This document shows, in pieces, positions 1-12,890 of a stretch of DNA of 64,000 nt (position 1 is its first letter; each line of letters begins with the position of its first letter). Both the position numbers and the translations under genes were made by a program. A model generated the notes under the pieces. The model searched no databases, was not told where the DNA came from, and saw only the letters and a list, made by a program, of their open reading frames with translations. The stretch comes from Octopus vulgaris (Eukaryota), in NCBI GenBank assembly GCA_951406725.2, contig OX597825.1, positions 11,222,001 through 11,286,000 on the forward strand, given 5' to 3'.

Positions 1-1
1 C

Positions 2-43
2 TGCCCGAAAGAAAGTGATGAAACTGACCAAACTGATCCTTAA
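2..43 (+). CDS. Possible end of an alternative (SAM-less, p53-like) terminal exon of the p53/p63/p73 gene: CPKESDETDQTDP*
   Basis: Short acidic open frame ending in TAA at 41-43, followed by ~4.7 kb of AT-rich, nearly repeat-free UTR-like sequence upstream of the SAM exons. The splice acceptor is outside the window, so this is inference. Confidence 0.3.
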   Translation, partial: CPKESDETDQTDP

Positions 44-1600
44 ATGAACACTTGGAACTTAAAACCAAGCTCTACTATATGTATAATAATTTAACATAAA
101 ACAATTCAGTTATGTGTAGGCCTGACAATATCAAATTTCACACAGAGACCAATGCTTATATTTAATTATTGAAGGTCCTCAATTTAGGTTGCGTTGATAT
201 TGCAACAGCACCTGTGAATACATGCCAGGAAATATGTCGATAATGAAGGAAATGCATTTTTTAATGATGATCTACACCCAAACACAAAGCATTGCTGCTA
301 TTTTCTCATCGTGGACTCCATTCTTGTTGCCATAAATAATTTACATATAATGTTATTTACATAACATCTTTTTACAAATTCATATGTATTCATTTTTTTT
401 TACTTTTATATATCATTTATAGTCTTATATTTTTAGAGAATCATTGAAAATCAAAAACCATTTGCATTTAAAAAGGTTTTTTTTTTAAACATTTTTAAAA
501 TATTTTTTTCATTTATTTTTTATGTAACTTATATAATTAGTTTTGTTAATTTATTCTGCTAACATTTGTTCAGTATATTGTTTTAACAAAGAAATGTTTC
601 TAATTATTAAAATAATATCTAATATAATAAAAGCACAAACCTTATTAGGCAACAGAATACATTACAATTACTTATTTACAAATTAATATTTGAATTCAGT
701 TAAGACTTTTGAATCTGAAATAACTGATTTCAGATATTTTCTTATTATTTGTAATGCTGAGAAATGAGCAGTACTACTCATTACACGAAGGGCTAGCACC
801 AATGTTTTGGTTTTCAAATTAAGCTATTTCACTTCACTAACCTTGTGATAGATGTGAAAGTTACAACCTTTCCCTCCTTCTCCAACATTCTTTGGCTGAA
901 GAATGCAATAGGGATAAAAACCAGTGTATTTTCCTCAGTACATTGGCAGACATAACAGGCTACATACTGAAGTATGTAGTTCTTTTTAGCACATGAACCT
1001 TATATTTAACTTGGCTTTTCCTTTACAAGTTTCTTGTCAGCTCTGTATGGGGACAGTGTTCTTTCTATAGACAAAAAAAGTTATAAAGCGAGTTATGAAA
1101 TAAGAAAATTATAGCCTCTTGGTGCTTTTCTAATTAAACATAAAACATATTATTAAGATTATTAAGATATATTTGTCTGCGATTATATTATTTAGTTATG
1201 AATTAATTAATGAATGTTGTGTTAATTTATACAGTGCAGAATAGTATTCTATAACCGATGTGTAAATCATTTTCTTAAATCTAACAATGAATTTGGGTAA
1301 ATCCATTTAGCTTCATATTTTTCTGACCCTGGCCAACATTAGTATGCCTTAAAAACATATTATCTTAGGAAGTAGGTATTCACTTGAAGAATGAACCAAA
1401 AAAGATCTCAAATTATTAAGTCAAATACTGTTCTTTGTGTCTGCTTCACCCTGCTGGCATGTGTTGGCTGAGCCTTTTTGAAGCAGTGTTTTCTGGTTGG
1501 GTACTCATTTTGACACAAACCCTTATAAGTTGTTTCTTGTAACAGACAAGTGTATGATGTACCTATTGTAAAAACTGAAACACAGTAGATTAATCTAAGC

Positions 1601-1850
1601 TAGTGGGTCTCAACTAGGGTCCATATGACCCATAGGGATCCTCATAAGATATTGTTGCTAAAATCTATGTGCTGTAAACTTCTATAATACCCAAAATGTT
1701 TTAACAATTTGTTTTAATACAATTCCTAGTTGTGTTTAATTATAAAAATATTATAGGATTTTTTAAACATCGAATGGCTATGAAGGTCCAACCAAGCAAA
1801 ATAGGAATCAAAAGGGGTCCATAGGTAAAAAATGGTTGAAAACTGCTTAT
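1601..1850. mobile_element. Decayed hAT/Charlie-type MITE
   Basis: Ends resemble the CAGTGGTTCTCAAC...GGTTGAGAACCACTG TIR (tagtgggtctcaac / ggttgaaaactgct). Confidence 0.5.
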
Positions 1851-4800
1851 CTAAACTCTAGTTTGACTAAAGTAAATTAAACGGTATACAGTAGCATTTT
1901 GAGAAATTTTCTACCAGCCTACAAATTTTCAATTAACTGAGCTATCTAAAAGGTTAATCCTTTTTATATGAGACAACTGTTTCTAGGGTCATTCTTTAAA
2001 TGTCTTCTCTAATGTTAAACGGTACCTTGATAGGATGCTTATCTATTGCAGTTAACTTTGTAAAGATATAATATTTATTCTTCACTCGGCCAAACTGTGT
2101 AAAGTAGAATAGTCGATGAGATATGAAACTCTGTCAGTTTGTAATCTAATAATACTTTTACTTAGTCAGGTAGATGAGAAATAATGACTTTTTTTTTTTT
2201 TTGAAATATAAGTAATTCAAATTTCGAAGAGTAATTAGTAAAACTGGTATGTATCCTGTTACTTGTATGATTTGGGAGCACCAACTCAGACTGGTTGGCC
2301 ATGTTGCTCAATTTTCCAAGTTCGATGCAGACACTACTTAGCGTGTTCTCTTCACTGAAGACTTGACTTGTGTTGGTCGACCACTTGCCACATGGTCTCA
2401 ACAGATGAGGAGGTATCTCGCAGAGATGGTGTTAGGCTCTGCTTGTCCAGGAGGACCCAGGAATATATTGACAAATGGTGAATGCAGCAATGTGCTGCAA
2501 TGATTCATACCCCTCACATGACCCCCTATTAGTAAAACCAATTCTCTGTATGTATTACTACCGAGTTAATAATTTTCATGTAAGGCATATTCAGTTGCAA
2601 TAGGATTTTTATATTAACATTCGTCTCTTAATGATGAAAATTTCTGTTAAATCAGTTAAAAAATAAAAAAAAAATTATAAAGAGGTATTAAAATTTAGGA
2701 AAAAAAAAAAGAGTTTAACATGAGAGTATTTAACATTTTTTCCAAGGATGGCTGTGCTTCAACTAAATTAAATGTAACTGAAATTAATTTATTCACATTC
2801 TGTTTCTCTAACTTAAACTTTCAATGTTTTAGTTTATTTATAAACTCAGTGGCCATAAGATAGAATTGGGATATCAGGATATATCTTTGTATTGGAGATG
2901 AAATGTTCTATTAAGCTAATTTTGTATATAACAAATGTTATGGTCTTTGTGTATACAGACACTTGATTTCAATATATATAGATCTTCCTCAGTGTTTCTG
3001 TGTGTATTTGTGGTTGTGTGTTAAATAATTGTGGTCAGATTCTAATAGTGCTGAACATCATGGAATTTTAAGCTTATTATTTATTGTTGTTTTAATTTAT
3101 TTACTGCATGATTTTGTTTAAATGAATTTTGTCTTAATTTTCTTTCCCTAAAAGTTTAAAAGCTAGATTACTTTTAACTTGAAATATTTTCTTCTACATT
3201 TGCACTATTCTCTCTATGGGCTTTTATTATTTAAGAAAAAATATTTAAAACAAAACTCGTTGACAAACAGGCTGGACCTGGAATTTATTGCATTATTTCA
3301 TAATTTTCTGCTGAGACAAGCTCCTTCCCAATTTGTAATCTTAATGTAAAATAGTGTATGCTGCACAGACTGAGTAAATATATATTGCATTAAAAAAACA
3401 CAAACACTAAAAATCCCAGGGATCTTCATTATGTCATTTAATACATTTTGCCTTTAATTTTTTTCGGAATTAGCTCATATTCTAAGTTGAAATTCATTTG
3501 GCTATGATTCATTTTTATTTTGTTTTTATTTTTAAAAAATAAAACGTAAGAAAATATTTCCACCGTTAAAGATATTTGAGAGGAAATTAGTAATCTATTT
3601 TGTAAATATTTAAAGTTTTCAGAGTATACTTTGTAATAACTTTAGTAAAATCAAATGATCTGTCGCTAGTGAAATGAGAGTTTTGTTCAGAAGTCTTTTT
3701 GTCACTTAGCTTTTCGGTATTCAGATTTTTAATTTTGAGAATTTTTGTAAGAATTAATTCATCATACATACTATACTATAGGTTGTTTGTCAAGTTCTTG
3801 ATTTGCTTCCTTTGGTATTTTTGATATAAATTGTTTTTGCTTTGTGTAAGTTTCAAATGGAACATTTGGTCATTTCTGACTAAATCCAGTAATAAATTGT
3901 TAATTCTTTTGTTACTGCTGAGAAACAGAAGAGCTCATTACACAGTTAATTGTGAGGTATTTATACTGCTATAGTATAACCTGTACAATAATTGCCTGTT
4001 CTAAGCAATAGCAATTCAGAGATGATGAGCAACCTTTTATAATAGATTTGTCTCTTCAGTATGATGTTACAATGATGATAAAGACACTGTTCATGGGAGA
4101 ATGATGGCTTGTATATTTATTTGATACAAGAGTCATCTTAAAGTTAATAAAACATGATAAGTCATATTCTATGGTAAATGAATGATATTAAAAGATTTTT
4201 TTTTTCAAATGAAATTTTTTGAAATTATATTTTTTTATTTAATGGGATCTTACATTATTTTATTTAACTGCTCAGTCTTCCGAATAGCAATACATTTCTA
4301 TTCATCCTTTACTGTGCAATCGAAATATTTCAACATATACGTCTACAATTTTGCAACCATTGTCTTATCATCTTTGTCGTTGCTTTTATGAACCAGTTAG
4401 AAATTAAATTTGTAAAGGTTAAAAAAAATTCATTTTTTTTAAGACTCATTTGTTTTCAAGTTTATCCACACAAATATATTTATTTTACTGTATATCAAAT
4501 TATTTGATCAGATTACTTGGTTATTTTTAAAGCAGTTTTTATTGGTGTCTAATTATCAGGTGACTGGAAAAATAATCAAATAAAAGTAAAATATGTAATT
4601 CTATATATTTGTTTGTTATCCTTTATCTAAAATATATTTTACATATGGAGGAAAATGGGATGTTCAGTACTACTGGTCTAAATTAACTCTTGCATGCTAT
4701 GTATTGATCATAATTCACACACATTGTGGTAACCTCTATGGAATAGAACCAGTGTAGGAACTTCTTTGGATTAGTTTAATTTTTATAGAAATAGTAACTG

Positions 4801-5037
4801 CATTTCACTAAAATCACATCTACTGTTTTAATAAGGAAGGCCACTATGAACAAAAAGATTATGGTTGGTCATGGCGGGAATGCCTTTAATCAGTAGGTAT
4901 GTTTTCTTAGGGCTAACCTAGAGAGAAACAGTAACAAGAACAATGTAACTTCATTCGTTCAAGAACTTTTTTTTTATATCAAACCAAGGATACACAATTA
5001 CACATGATTTTATATATATAAATATATATATACACAT

Positions 5038-5093
<56 letters not shown>

Positions 5094-5447
5094 ATGATGG
5101 ACTTTCAGATTCCATCAACTAAATCCACTCACAAGGCTTTGATTGGCCCAGATCTGCTGGGATTGAACTTAATTACTACATGAGTGGAAAGCAAACTTCC
5201 ACATAACCAGTTATAAAATATTTGCACCAATAATTAAGAAAGATATAAATTAATAAAAACAACCATACAACATGAAGATCATGGGAAAACTCAATTTAAA
5301 GTGTTAGGTATATTCAGCTTCATGGTAATTTTACTGATTTGAATTTAACCTCTTAAACTCTGGAATGTCTTTGATCATAGTTCTACTTGATTGAGGATGA
5401 TTTGGGGCCAAACAACCATCTATTTAGAAATAATAAAATATATTTCA

Positions 5448-5808
5448 TATAGATTTATCAAAGTCTTTAGTAGAAAATCCTTCGAATTCTGACTCGCTGC
5501 TTGACAGAATGAAATTTGTATCCATTTTTTGTCAGAATTACAAATTTCGTAAACACAACAGGAACAAATTTGGAAAAAAATCTCCAAAAATTCACGGAAT
5601 TAAAATTACATGTCAATCGTTGTTCAAAACTGTAGATGAACTGTTTTCGAAGTATAATCATGTGTTTTCACGAATGTACTAACGAGACTTGCTCTGATAT
5701 TCTCATTTAAATATGAATAGGTGATTACGGGTGGTTTTGGGCGGCTTGGTCACATGAACCAAAATTCTTTTTGGGCAGTTTTGGGCGGTTTGGTAATGAA
5801 AGGGTTAA
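5448..5808. mobile_element. One-ended piggyBac-type (TTAA) element fragment between 95-bp direct repeats
   Basis: Right end reads ...GAAAGGG|TTAA. Flanked by 5353-5447 and 5805-5899, which differ at about 4 positions. Confidence 0.55.
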
Positions 5809-6442
5809 ACTCTGGAATGTCTTTGATCATAGGTCTACTTGACTGAGGATGATTTGGAGCCAAACAACAATCTATTTAGAAATAATAAAATATATTTCAG
5901 TTGATAAGTTTCTCACTGGTGTATTTTTCTTTTTACATATATGAAAAGAGCAATAATTAGTTACACTGTTGCACAAATACTTGTTTTCTCCTCAGTTAAC
6001 TTGTTCAATATATGAACGTAAAAATATAGTTACTCTATTAATCACACATGTTTGATCCCTTTTCTATGGTTACCTGGAAGCTGTGTTTCATAATGCAATA
6101 ACTTTGTTACATTTCACCTATATAAGTATCCACATACACATTAGCAACATGAAGGACATCTGGTTGTAGATATGTATTCACCTGATTCATGCTAGCATGG
6201 AAAAATGGATTTAAAGTTAATGCATGGGTATATCCCCCCAAATTATTTTTCACTGTGTCAAACTCTGTTCCCATGACTAATTTTCCATTACAGTAATTTC
6301 ACTCTTACACACTTACCTACCGGATGCACCTTTTCCATTCCTGTCTCCTGTTTCTCTTTTTCATATTCGCCTTATACTTTGACCTCACATCTCTCCCTCT
6401 CTTTTCTCAGATAGGGAAGCCATATATTCACCTCTTCAGCAC

Positions 6443-7250
6443 ATGGCGATGGATGACAATCAAATAGCCAATGCTATTAGCATATCCTTTGAAAGAGTTT
6501 TGAATTTTCTGCACAATGAACTTGGCATGACAAAGGCTTCTGCTCAGTGGTTGCCACATCTTCTGACACCTGATCAAAAGTGCACTAGGCTGATCACATC
6601 ATGGGGAAATCTGGCATTGTTTGAGGCAGATCCAGTTGATTTCCTTGAACGTTTCCTAAGCCAGGATGAATGTTAGGTTCTTTACTTTAAACCAGAGACA
6701 ATGAATCAATCCATGTAGTGGAAACACTCCTCACCTGGTCCAGAGAAAGCCAAGGTCGTTTCATCTGCAGGGAAGGTTATGACCTAAGGCATTTTATCTA
6801 TTAATTATCTTCAGAAGGGTCAGACCATTAATGGAGAGTAAGTACTATGTCAACTTGCTGAGGCAGTTACAAACGGTTATGAAGAGCAAATGTCCAGGAA
6901 AATTGACAAAAAGGTTTTTTGTTTCATGAAGACAAGCTTCCAGCACACAAATCCAGGTGGCTGTTGTGCATGACTGTGGCTTTAAACGAGTTGATCACCC
7001 TCTCTATTCTCTTGATTTGGCCCTGTCTAACTGTCATCTGTTCCCCAATATGAACAAAGACTTGAGAACCAGTATTGCAGTGGTGATGGCATCATATCTG
7101 CTGTTGATGACCCTTTTGACTGGCAGGATGAAAGCTTCTTCACTAATGGAATCCAAGCACTGCAACATTGATGGAAGAAGTGTGTGGACTACAAGGAGAC
7201 TATGTTGAGAAATAAACCTTATTTGGTCAGCCTATAAACATTTTTAAGCC
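6443..7250 (+). mobile_element. Decayed mariner transposase, 5'-truncated, intronic
   Basis: WLPHLLT (WVPHEL-like), QDE, HED..PAH, HPLYSLDLALSNCHLF (YSPDLAPSD-like) and C-terminal WKKCVD..GDYVEK*. Several stops and frameshifts. Confidence 0.9.
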
Positions 7251-9016
7251 AACACATGTACATTAGTGTTTCTGTGTGTCTATACATTGATGTTGCTGTG
7301 TGTGAGTTGAGAGATATTTGGCTGCTATTTTTGTCGTGTCTAGCTACCATATAGAAAGTCTACTGTAGGCTCAGACATACATGCATACATATATATACAT
7401 GAGACAACAGGGTGTTATTTGAGGAAAAGTTGTTGGCCATTTCTATTAGGTATAAATGGTCTGCTGCTGGAGAATGTGTGATTGTAGCAAGATTTGGTTG
7501 ATTATTTCTAACTTGAGTGTCACTATCATAAGCTGAGTCATATCCAATGTTCTGCGATAACATGTCTCACTTTGGAGAAATATTACTTTGCCTGGAAACA
7601 TGAGGATCGGTGACTGGAAGGGCATCTGGCTGCAGAAAATCTGCCTCAATAAACCTTGTCAGAGCCATGCAAGAATGGACAAGTGGATGTTAAAATGATG
7701 AGATATATATATATACCTATATATACACACAAAAATGCTGGTATGAAAATATACCTAAAAAAATTCATATTATTTGAAAATATTATTGAATATTTGAATA
7801 CATTATCTGAATATATTTGTTATATTTGAATAATAATAATTGAATAAAATTTGAATATTTGAATACATTATTTGAATATACATAATTCATCATCATCGTT
7901 TAATGTCATATACATTATTTGAAGCAGTTTAATATGGTGAGATAAACAGTGGTCTTGTCTATATTTTGAATGATTGTAATCGAGATCTGATGCCATTTGG
8001 GTAATTTCACATCATGGACAAACATAATTAATGACGTTGCCCATCAACTCCTCAGAAGGAGGTTTTCAAACTCTTTATAATAGCCCATGTATTAAGCTTA
8101 AATCTCTCTCTCTCTCTGAAGAAGGGCTTTATTGAAACTACAATATTCAAATCATTTATGAGTATACAAATCTATTACAAGTTTGTAAACTTTATTAAAT
8201 AAATTTTGGTAATTCAGACCATCATTAATTTTGGACTATACACACACACACACTCACTTTTGAATTTCTTAAATGAGGAATTATTATTATTATACACTGA
8301 TAGTGTTGGCCAATGGTCTTCATCTTGTATGTTAGAGTTGCAATGTTTCTCATGCCTTCTTCAAGGAGTCTGTCATATTTGAAAATGTTCTCAGAATTTA
8401 AAACCAAACGCTTTATTAAATCCATGAGAGAGGAATATCCCTGGGATAAATAGCAGGATGAGAACAATTTACCCTTATGGATTTAATAAATTTCAGGAAT
8501 ATTTCTGAATATGACAGGCATCTGAAAAGGTGGAAGGTACAATGAGTGAAACCTCACTTTAACAACCAGTCGCTTTCCTAGCAAATACATCCCTGAAATT
8601 CATATATAAACTTCCTCAAATACTGTGAAGGTTTGTCGATGGCTACTGTGTCCAAATTTCTAGACATCACTGTGAAATCATGGTATAAAAATAACATTTA
8701 GCATCCAACCCATTCCAGAATGGATGATAGGCACTGCTCTTTTCTAAAATAATTTTTGTTGAAATTAAATCACAAGATCTACTCAAGATGACCTTTTCCT
8801 ACAGGTGCAGATTTGATGAGGTTGACTTTGCAGTTAATCCTTCTGGGATCGATAAAATACATACCAGTCAAATATTAAAGTCAATATGATTCACTGTTCC
8901 CTCTCCACAAAATTTGCGGCTTTGTACCTAATTCCAAAACCATTATAAAAGTGGTGTGGTGTTGCAGAAATGGTATTAAATGCTGATTAGCTTTTAGTGT
9001 TGTCCTTGTCCCAGGT

Positions 9017-9244
9017 TCAAATCCTGCTGTGGTGCTTCGTGAACAAACCATCATCATCATCATCATCATTTAACGTCCGTTTTCCATGCTAGCATGGGTT
9101 GGCCGTGAAAAAGAATTCTTGTGCATCGGCCGGGAATGCACAAGGATTTTTTTTCATCCAACCCATGCTAGCATGGAAAACGGATGTTAAACAATGATGA
9201 TGATGACGCTTTGTTTATGAAGCACCCACCGCAGCAGGATTTGA
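9017..9244. repeat. ~230-nt fold-back inverted repeat in the intron just upstream of the first SAM-isoform exon
   Basis: Arms 9017-9126 and 9136-9244 are reverse complements, with a 9-nt loop. Confidence 0.9.
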
Positions 9245-9385
9245 GGTCAATATAATTGACTGTTCCCTCCTCCAAAATTTTGAGGCCTTGCACCTATATA
9301 AGAAAGGATTATTATAGCTACAGAGATAAAGGGATGACTGCTTGCTATTGGCTTTGGTTATTGTTGCAGTTTCTTCTTGTTTCAG

Positions 9386-9598
9386 ATCTGGTCGTACATC
9401 AACATTACCAAGTACAAGTTACGGTGGTTCTCAGTCTCAGGATGGCAGCCGCCAGTCTACTTTAGCATTCTCTCCAGATAGTAACCAAGTAAATAGTACC
9501 CAAAATGGGAACAGTCAAATGGTGAATGGGCAACAACCTATTCATGACGATGACCCTCCAATTACAAAACGAGAACCTGCTGAAAATAGTATAGAACA
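9386..9598 (+). CDS. p63/p73: p53/p63/p73-family exon: Ser/Gln-rich linker and start of SAM domain (SGRTSTLPSTSYGGSQSQDGSRQ...KREPAENSIEQ)
   Basis: Pyrimidine tract plus TTCAG acceptor (9381-9385) and CA|GTAAGT donor at 9599. Phase joins in frame to the next exon. Peptide resembles the squid p53/p63 C-terminal region as recalled. Confidence 0.9.
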
Positions 9599-9900
9599 GT
9601 AAGTAAATTCATTTAAAAATGTATGTTTTTTATTTTTTTTTTTGCCTGATAGAATAATTTTGTAAAAACTCAATGGGTGGATTTCTGATCACAACGGGTT
9701 TTTTTTCTAGGACAGTAGTTTTAGTTTCGGTTTATCAGAAATGGCCACTGCCATAAACCACAATGACTGTAGTAAAATTGATATTAACCTTGTTGTTGGC
9801 AATATTCATTTCTTCTTCAAATGAAGCAAATCGTTGCTATTTTGTAGCATGAATTGTGTTTTGTTGAACGATGCACTGTAATATTAGTGTATATAATATT

Positions 9901-10314
9901 AGGGCGGTGAGCTGGCAGAAGCGTTAGCACGCCGGGCGAAATGCTTAGAAGTATTTCGTCTGTCGCTACGTTCTGAGTTCAAATTCCACCGAGGTCGACT
10001 TTGCCTTTCATCCTTTCGGGGTCGATAAATTAAGTACCAGTTACGCACTGGGGTCAATACAATCGACTTAATCCCTTTGTCTGTCCTTGTTTGTCTCCTC
10101 TGTGTTTAGCCCCTTGTGGGTAATAAAGAAATAGGTATTTCGTCTGTCGCTACGTTCTGTGTTCAAATTCCGCCGAGGTCGACTTTGCCTTCCTTTCGGG
10201 GTCGATAAATTAAGTACCAGTTACGCACTGGGGTCAATGTAGCCGACTTAATCCGTTTGTCTGTCCTTGTTTGTCCCTTCTGTGTTTAGCCCCTTGTGGG
10301 TAGTATAGAAATAG
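9901..10314 (+). mobile_element. tRNA-derived SINE (family B), dimeric copy
   Basis: A-box/B-box head, then units 9951-10134 and 10135-10314 in tandem. TSD cactgtaatattag at 9874-9887 and 10318-10331. Confidence 0.9.
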
Positions 10315-10974
10315 ATACACTGTAATATTAGAATTATTGCATTCTGACTGTCAGTTTGCCTGGTTGATGAATTTTGACAATTTAAGCAGGCATTAGCGTC
10401 TCTGGTAACTAGTCAAGGCCACAAAGAGAAAGATGAGCTTCATAACAATAAGGATAAACTACTATAACTAGATGTGATAGGGTGCTCTTTGCAAGAGTCA
10501 AGTTCATGTACGGACACATACCTGGAGATGTTTCTTACCCACTTGATATAGTGAAAGCTTCAATTCCATCTCACCTGTTTAGAATGATTTTACCTCAGAA
10601 GCAGACTATGTCTGACAGCATGCCAATGAGGAAGCCTGTGTGTGGTTAGTTGTCATGCTAGAAATACTCACCAAATCTGTTTAATCATCCAACCAGCTTA
10701 AAAAGGAGACCACATTGGATAAGGTGGACCTAGAAATACTATGCCTCAGGAAACGATAGGGTGGTCGTGATTGGAATATCTTTGATCATAGGTCTGTTCC
10801 ATCAGGGTTAACCTTAAACCTGTGATTCATGGACACAGTCTAATTACTGAAACAAAAGATAAAGGGTAAAGTTAACTACACAACATTGTTAGAGTCTGTT
10901 TAGAAAGTCAAGTGTGACGCCATGATTGCAAGACACCAGCAACAAAGAGGGTCTTGAACCTCTATAAGGAAGAA

Positions 10975-11135
10975 ATTACAACCGTGTTTCGTGGTCTGCT
11001 ACCACAACAGCTCCTTTATAGGATCCAGTTAGCTCAAGACATCATCAGGAGGGGCCACGTCCGGTTTCGGCCCCTACTCCTCTACCGTTTTGACGTGGCG
11101 GGGCCACCTCTTTCGGAGGTGTCTTCAGCTCTGGT
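10975..11135 (-). mobile_element. GC-rich structured repeat with two hammerhead-like cores (Penelope-like terminus?)
   Basis: Minus strand reads CTGAAGA...GAAACCGG followed by CTGATGA...GAAAC, with several internal stems. Confidence 0.35.
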
Positions 11136-11567
11136 GTTGGGTGCATGTCTTCTTTCTTCTGTTCCCTGGCCTCTTCGATGTAGTGTCAGCGAACCATGTT
11201 GCTTAAGGTTAAATTTGTCTTTGGACATTAATTTTTGTACAAATTTTGTTGATTTGTTTGGGCCATAATTGATATAAAGAAATAATGTGAACCAGGGCTG
11301 TGAAAAGGATGTATATCATTAAGTTAAATGGCTCCATCTTATAAGTATATGTGGATAGGTTTAATCTCTCATTCTTCGTGAATATACACTTAAAACATTA
11401 AATATGAATGTGATTGGGTGCAACAGCTGAATAAGTACAGAATTGTGAAGTTAAGGTCATGAAGTACTTGGGATATTGTCAGAAGTTTAAAACTATCTTT
11501 TCTTTTTTACTTGTATCTCTCACAATAAAGTGGTCGCATGTAAACTGATATCTCAAAATCTCTGTAG

Positions 11568-11661
11568 GTGGTTAACGAAAATCGGATTACAGGCATATAT
11601 TGATAATTTTCATCAGAAAGGTTTACATAATATGTTCCAGCTGGATGATTTTTCACTTGAG
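11568..11661 (+). CDS. p63/p73: p53/p63/p73-family exon: SAM domain core (WLTKIGLQAYIDNFHQKGLHNMFQLDDFSLE)
   Basis: CTGTAG acceptor and GAG|GTAAG donor. 94 nt, in frame with both neighbours. Classic SAM pattern WL..IGL..Y...F...G. Confidence 0.95.
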
Positions 11662-11948
11662 GTAAGATTTTGTACAATGTTCTTTATATTTTTTTGATGA
11701 TTTTTTTTTTCCTTTTTCTTTTTTTCAGTTAATGACAGCTGATCAGTTTATATCACTTTGTCTTGCTTGCAGCAGTTTTTAGTTCAGGAAATATCTTCAG
11801 AATATCTTCAACTTAGATAGCGAAAGTGTTGGGGGTCTTCGATATATACACTCGGCCTGCTTCATCGTCTCATTTATGAAAGCTGAAATTGTAAATAGTG
11901 AAAGAAGCTCTTGGCCCAGAAATTCATTTTCACTCATGCTGCTGGGTC

Positions 11949-12355
11949 TTACTCTTTACTCTTTTACTTGTTTCAGTCATTTGACTGCGGCCATGCTGGA
12001 GCGCCGCCTTTAGTCGAGCAAATCGACCCCGGGACTTATTCTTTGTAAGCCCAGTACTTATTCTATCGGTCTCTTTTTGCCGAACCGCTAAGTGACAGGG
12101 ACGTAAACACACCAGCATCGGTTGTCAAGCAATGCTAGGGGGACAAACACAGACACACAAACACACACACATACATATATATACATATATACGACAGGCT
12201 TCTTTCAGTTTCCGTCTACCAAATCCACTCACAAGGCATTGGTCGGCCCGGGGCTATAGCAGAAGACACTTGCCCAAGATGCCACTCAGTGGGACTGAAC
12301 CCGGAAGCATGTGGTTGGTTAGCTAGCTACTTACCACACAGCCACTCCTGCGCCT
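11949..12355 (-). mobile_element. tRNA-derived SINE (family A), full length
   Basis: Head with A/B boxes, CORE-like ttgggcaagtgtc segment, internal (TA/TG) microsatellite and (GTAAAAGA)n tail. Many copies in the window. Confidence 0.9.
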
Positions 12356-12659
12356 GTTTCATTTCATTTCACTTGTAGGGACTGAAGCTGATAATGAGTA
12401 GAAAAAAAAAAAACCCTCCAAAATCTCTGAGTTTTATAACAGAATTTACTGAGTGTTGATTTACAATAAACTTATCTGCTCTGAGTTGTAGCAGTTGATA
12501 ATAGGAAGAACATCAAATCAGGAAGATTAATGCCTAAGCCTCAAGCAAAACGATGTGGTTGAAAATTTTCTAAATGTGGCCAGCAGGATCAACAGAGTCC
12601 ACAGAAGGGTGTACTGATGCTGAGAGCATCATGGGTTCAGGTCTAGAAGATAACTACAT

Positions 12660-12878
12660 TTAACCCTTTTGTTACAGTATTTTTTTTGAGAAGTTCTATG
12701 CTTCTTTCAATTACTTTAAATATAACAAAGAATTTAGTAAAATAACTTTGTTATCATTAAGCTAGTGTTAAGAACATAAATTGTGACTAAGGTTTGGTGG
12801 AAGATTTTAATTCAAAACTTATGAAAACAAGACATTTGTACTACAGAACCAGAGCCGGGTTGGTAACGAAAGGGTTAA
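12660..12878. mobile_element. piggyBac-type MITE, copy 1
   Basis: TTAA|CCCTTTT...GAAAGGG|TTAA. Confidence 0.8.
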
Positions 12879-12890
12879 ATTAATCATCTG

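Noticed and set aside
2300-2520. GC-richer island that might be an extra p53-family exon
   Set aside because: All three frames after the candidate acceptor stop within ~15 codons.
8380-8740. Possible decayed integrase-like remnant, and a CTGAAGA...GAAAC motif near 8116-8140
   Set aside because: Too degenerate to assign; stems and catalytic motifs cannot be reconstructed by eye.
12132-12326. Recurrent similar ORFs (…RRASFSFRLPNPLTR…) at 12.1, 14.4, 18.5, 30.2 and 46.5 kb
   Set aside because: Antisense translations of SINE family A, not a gene family.
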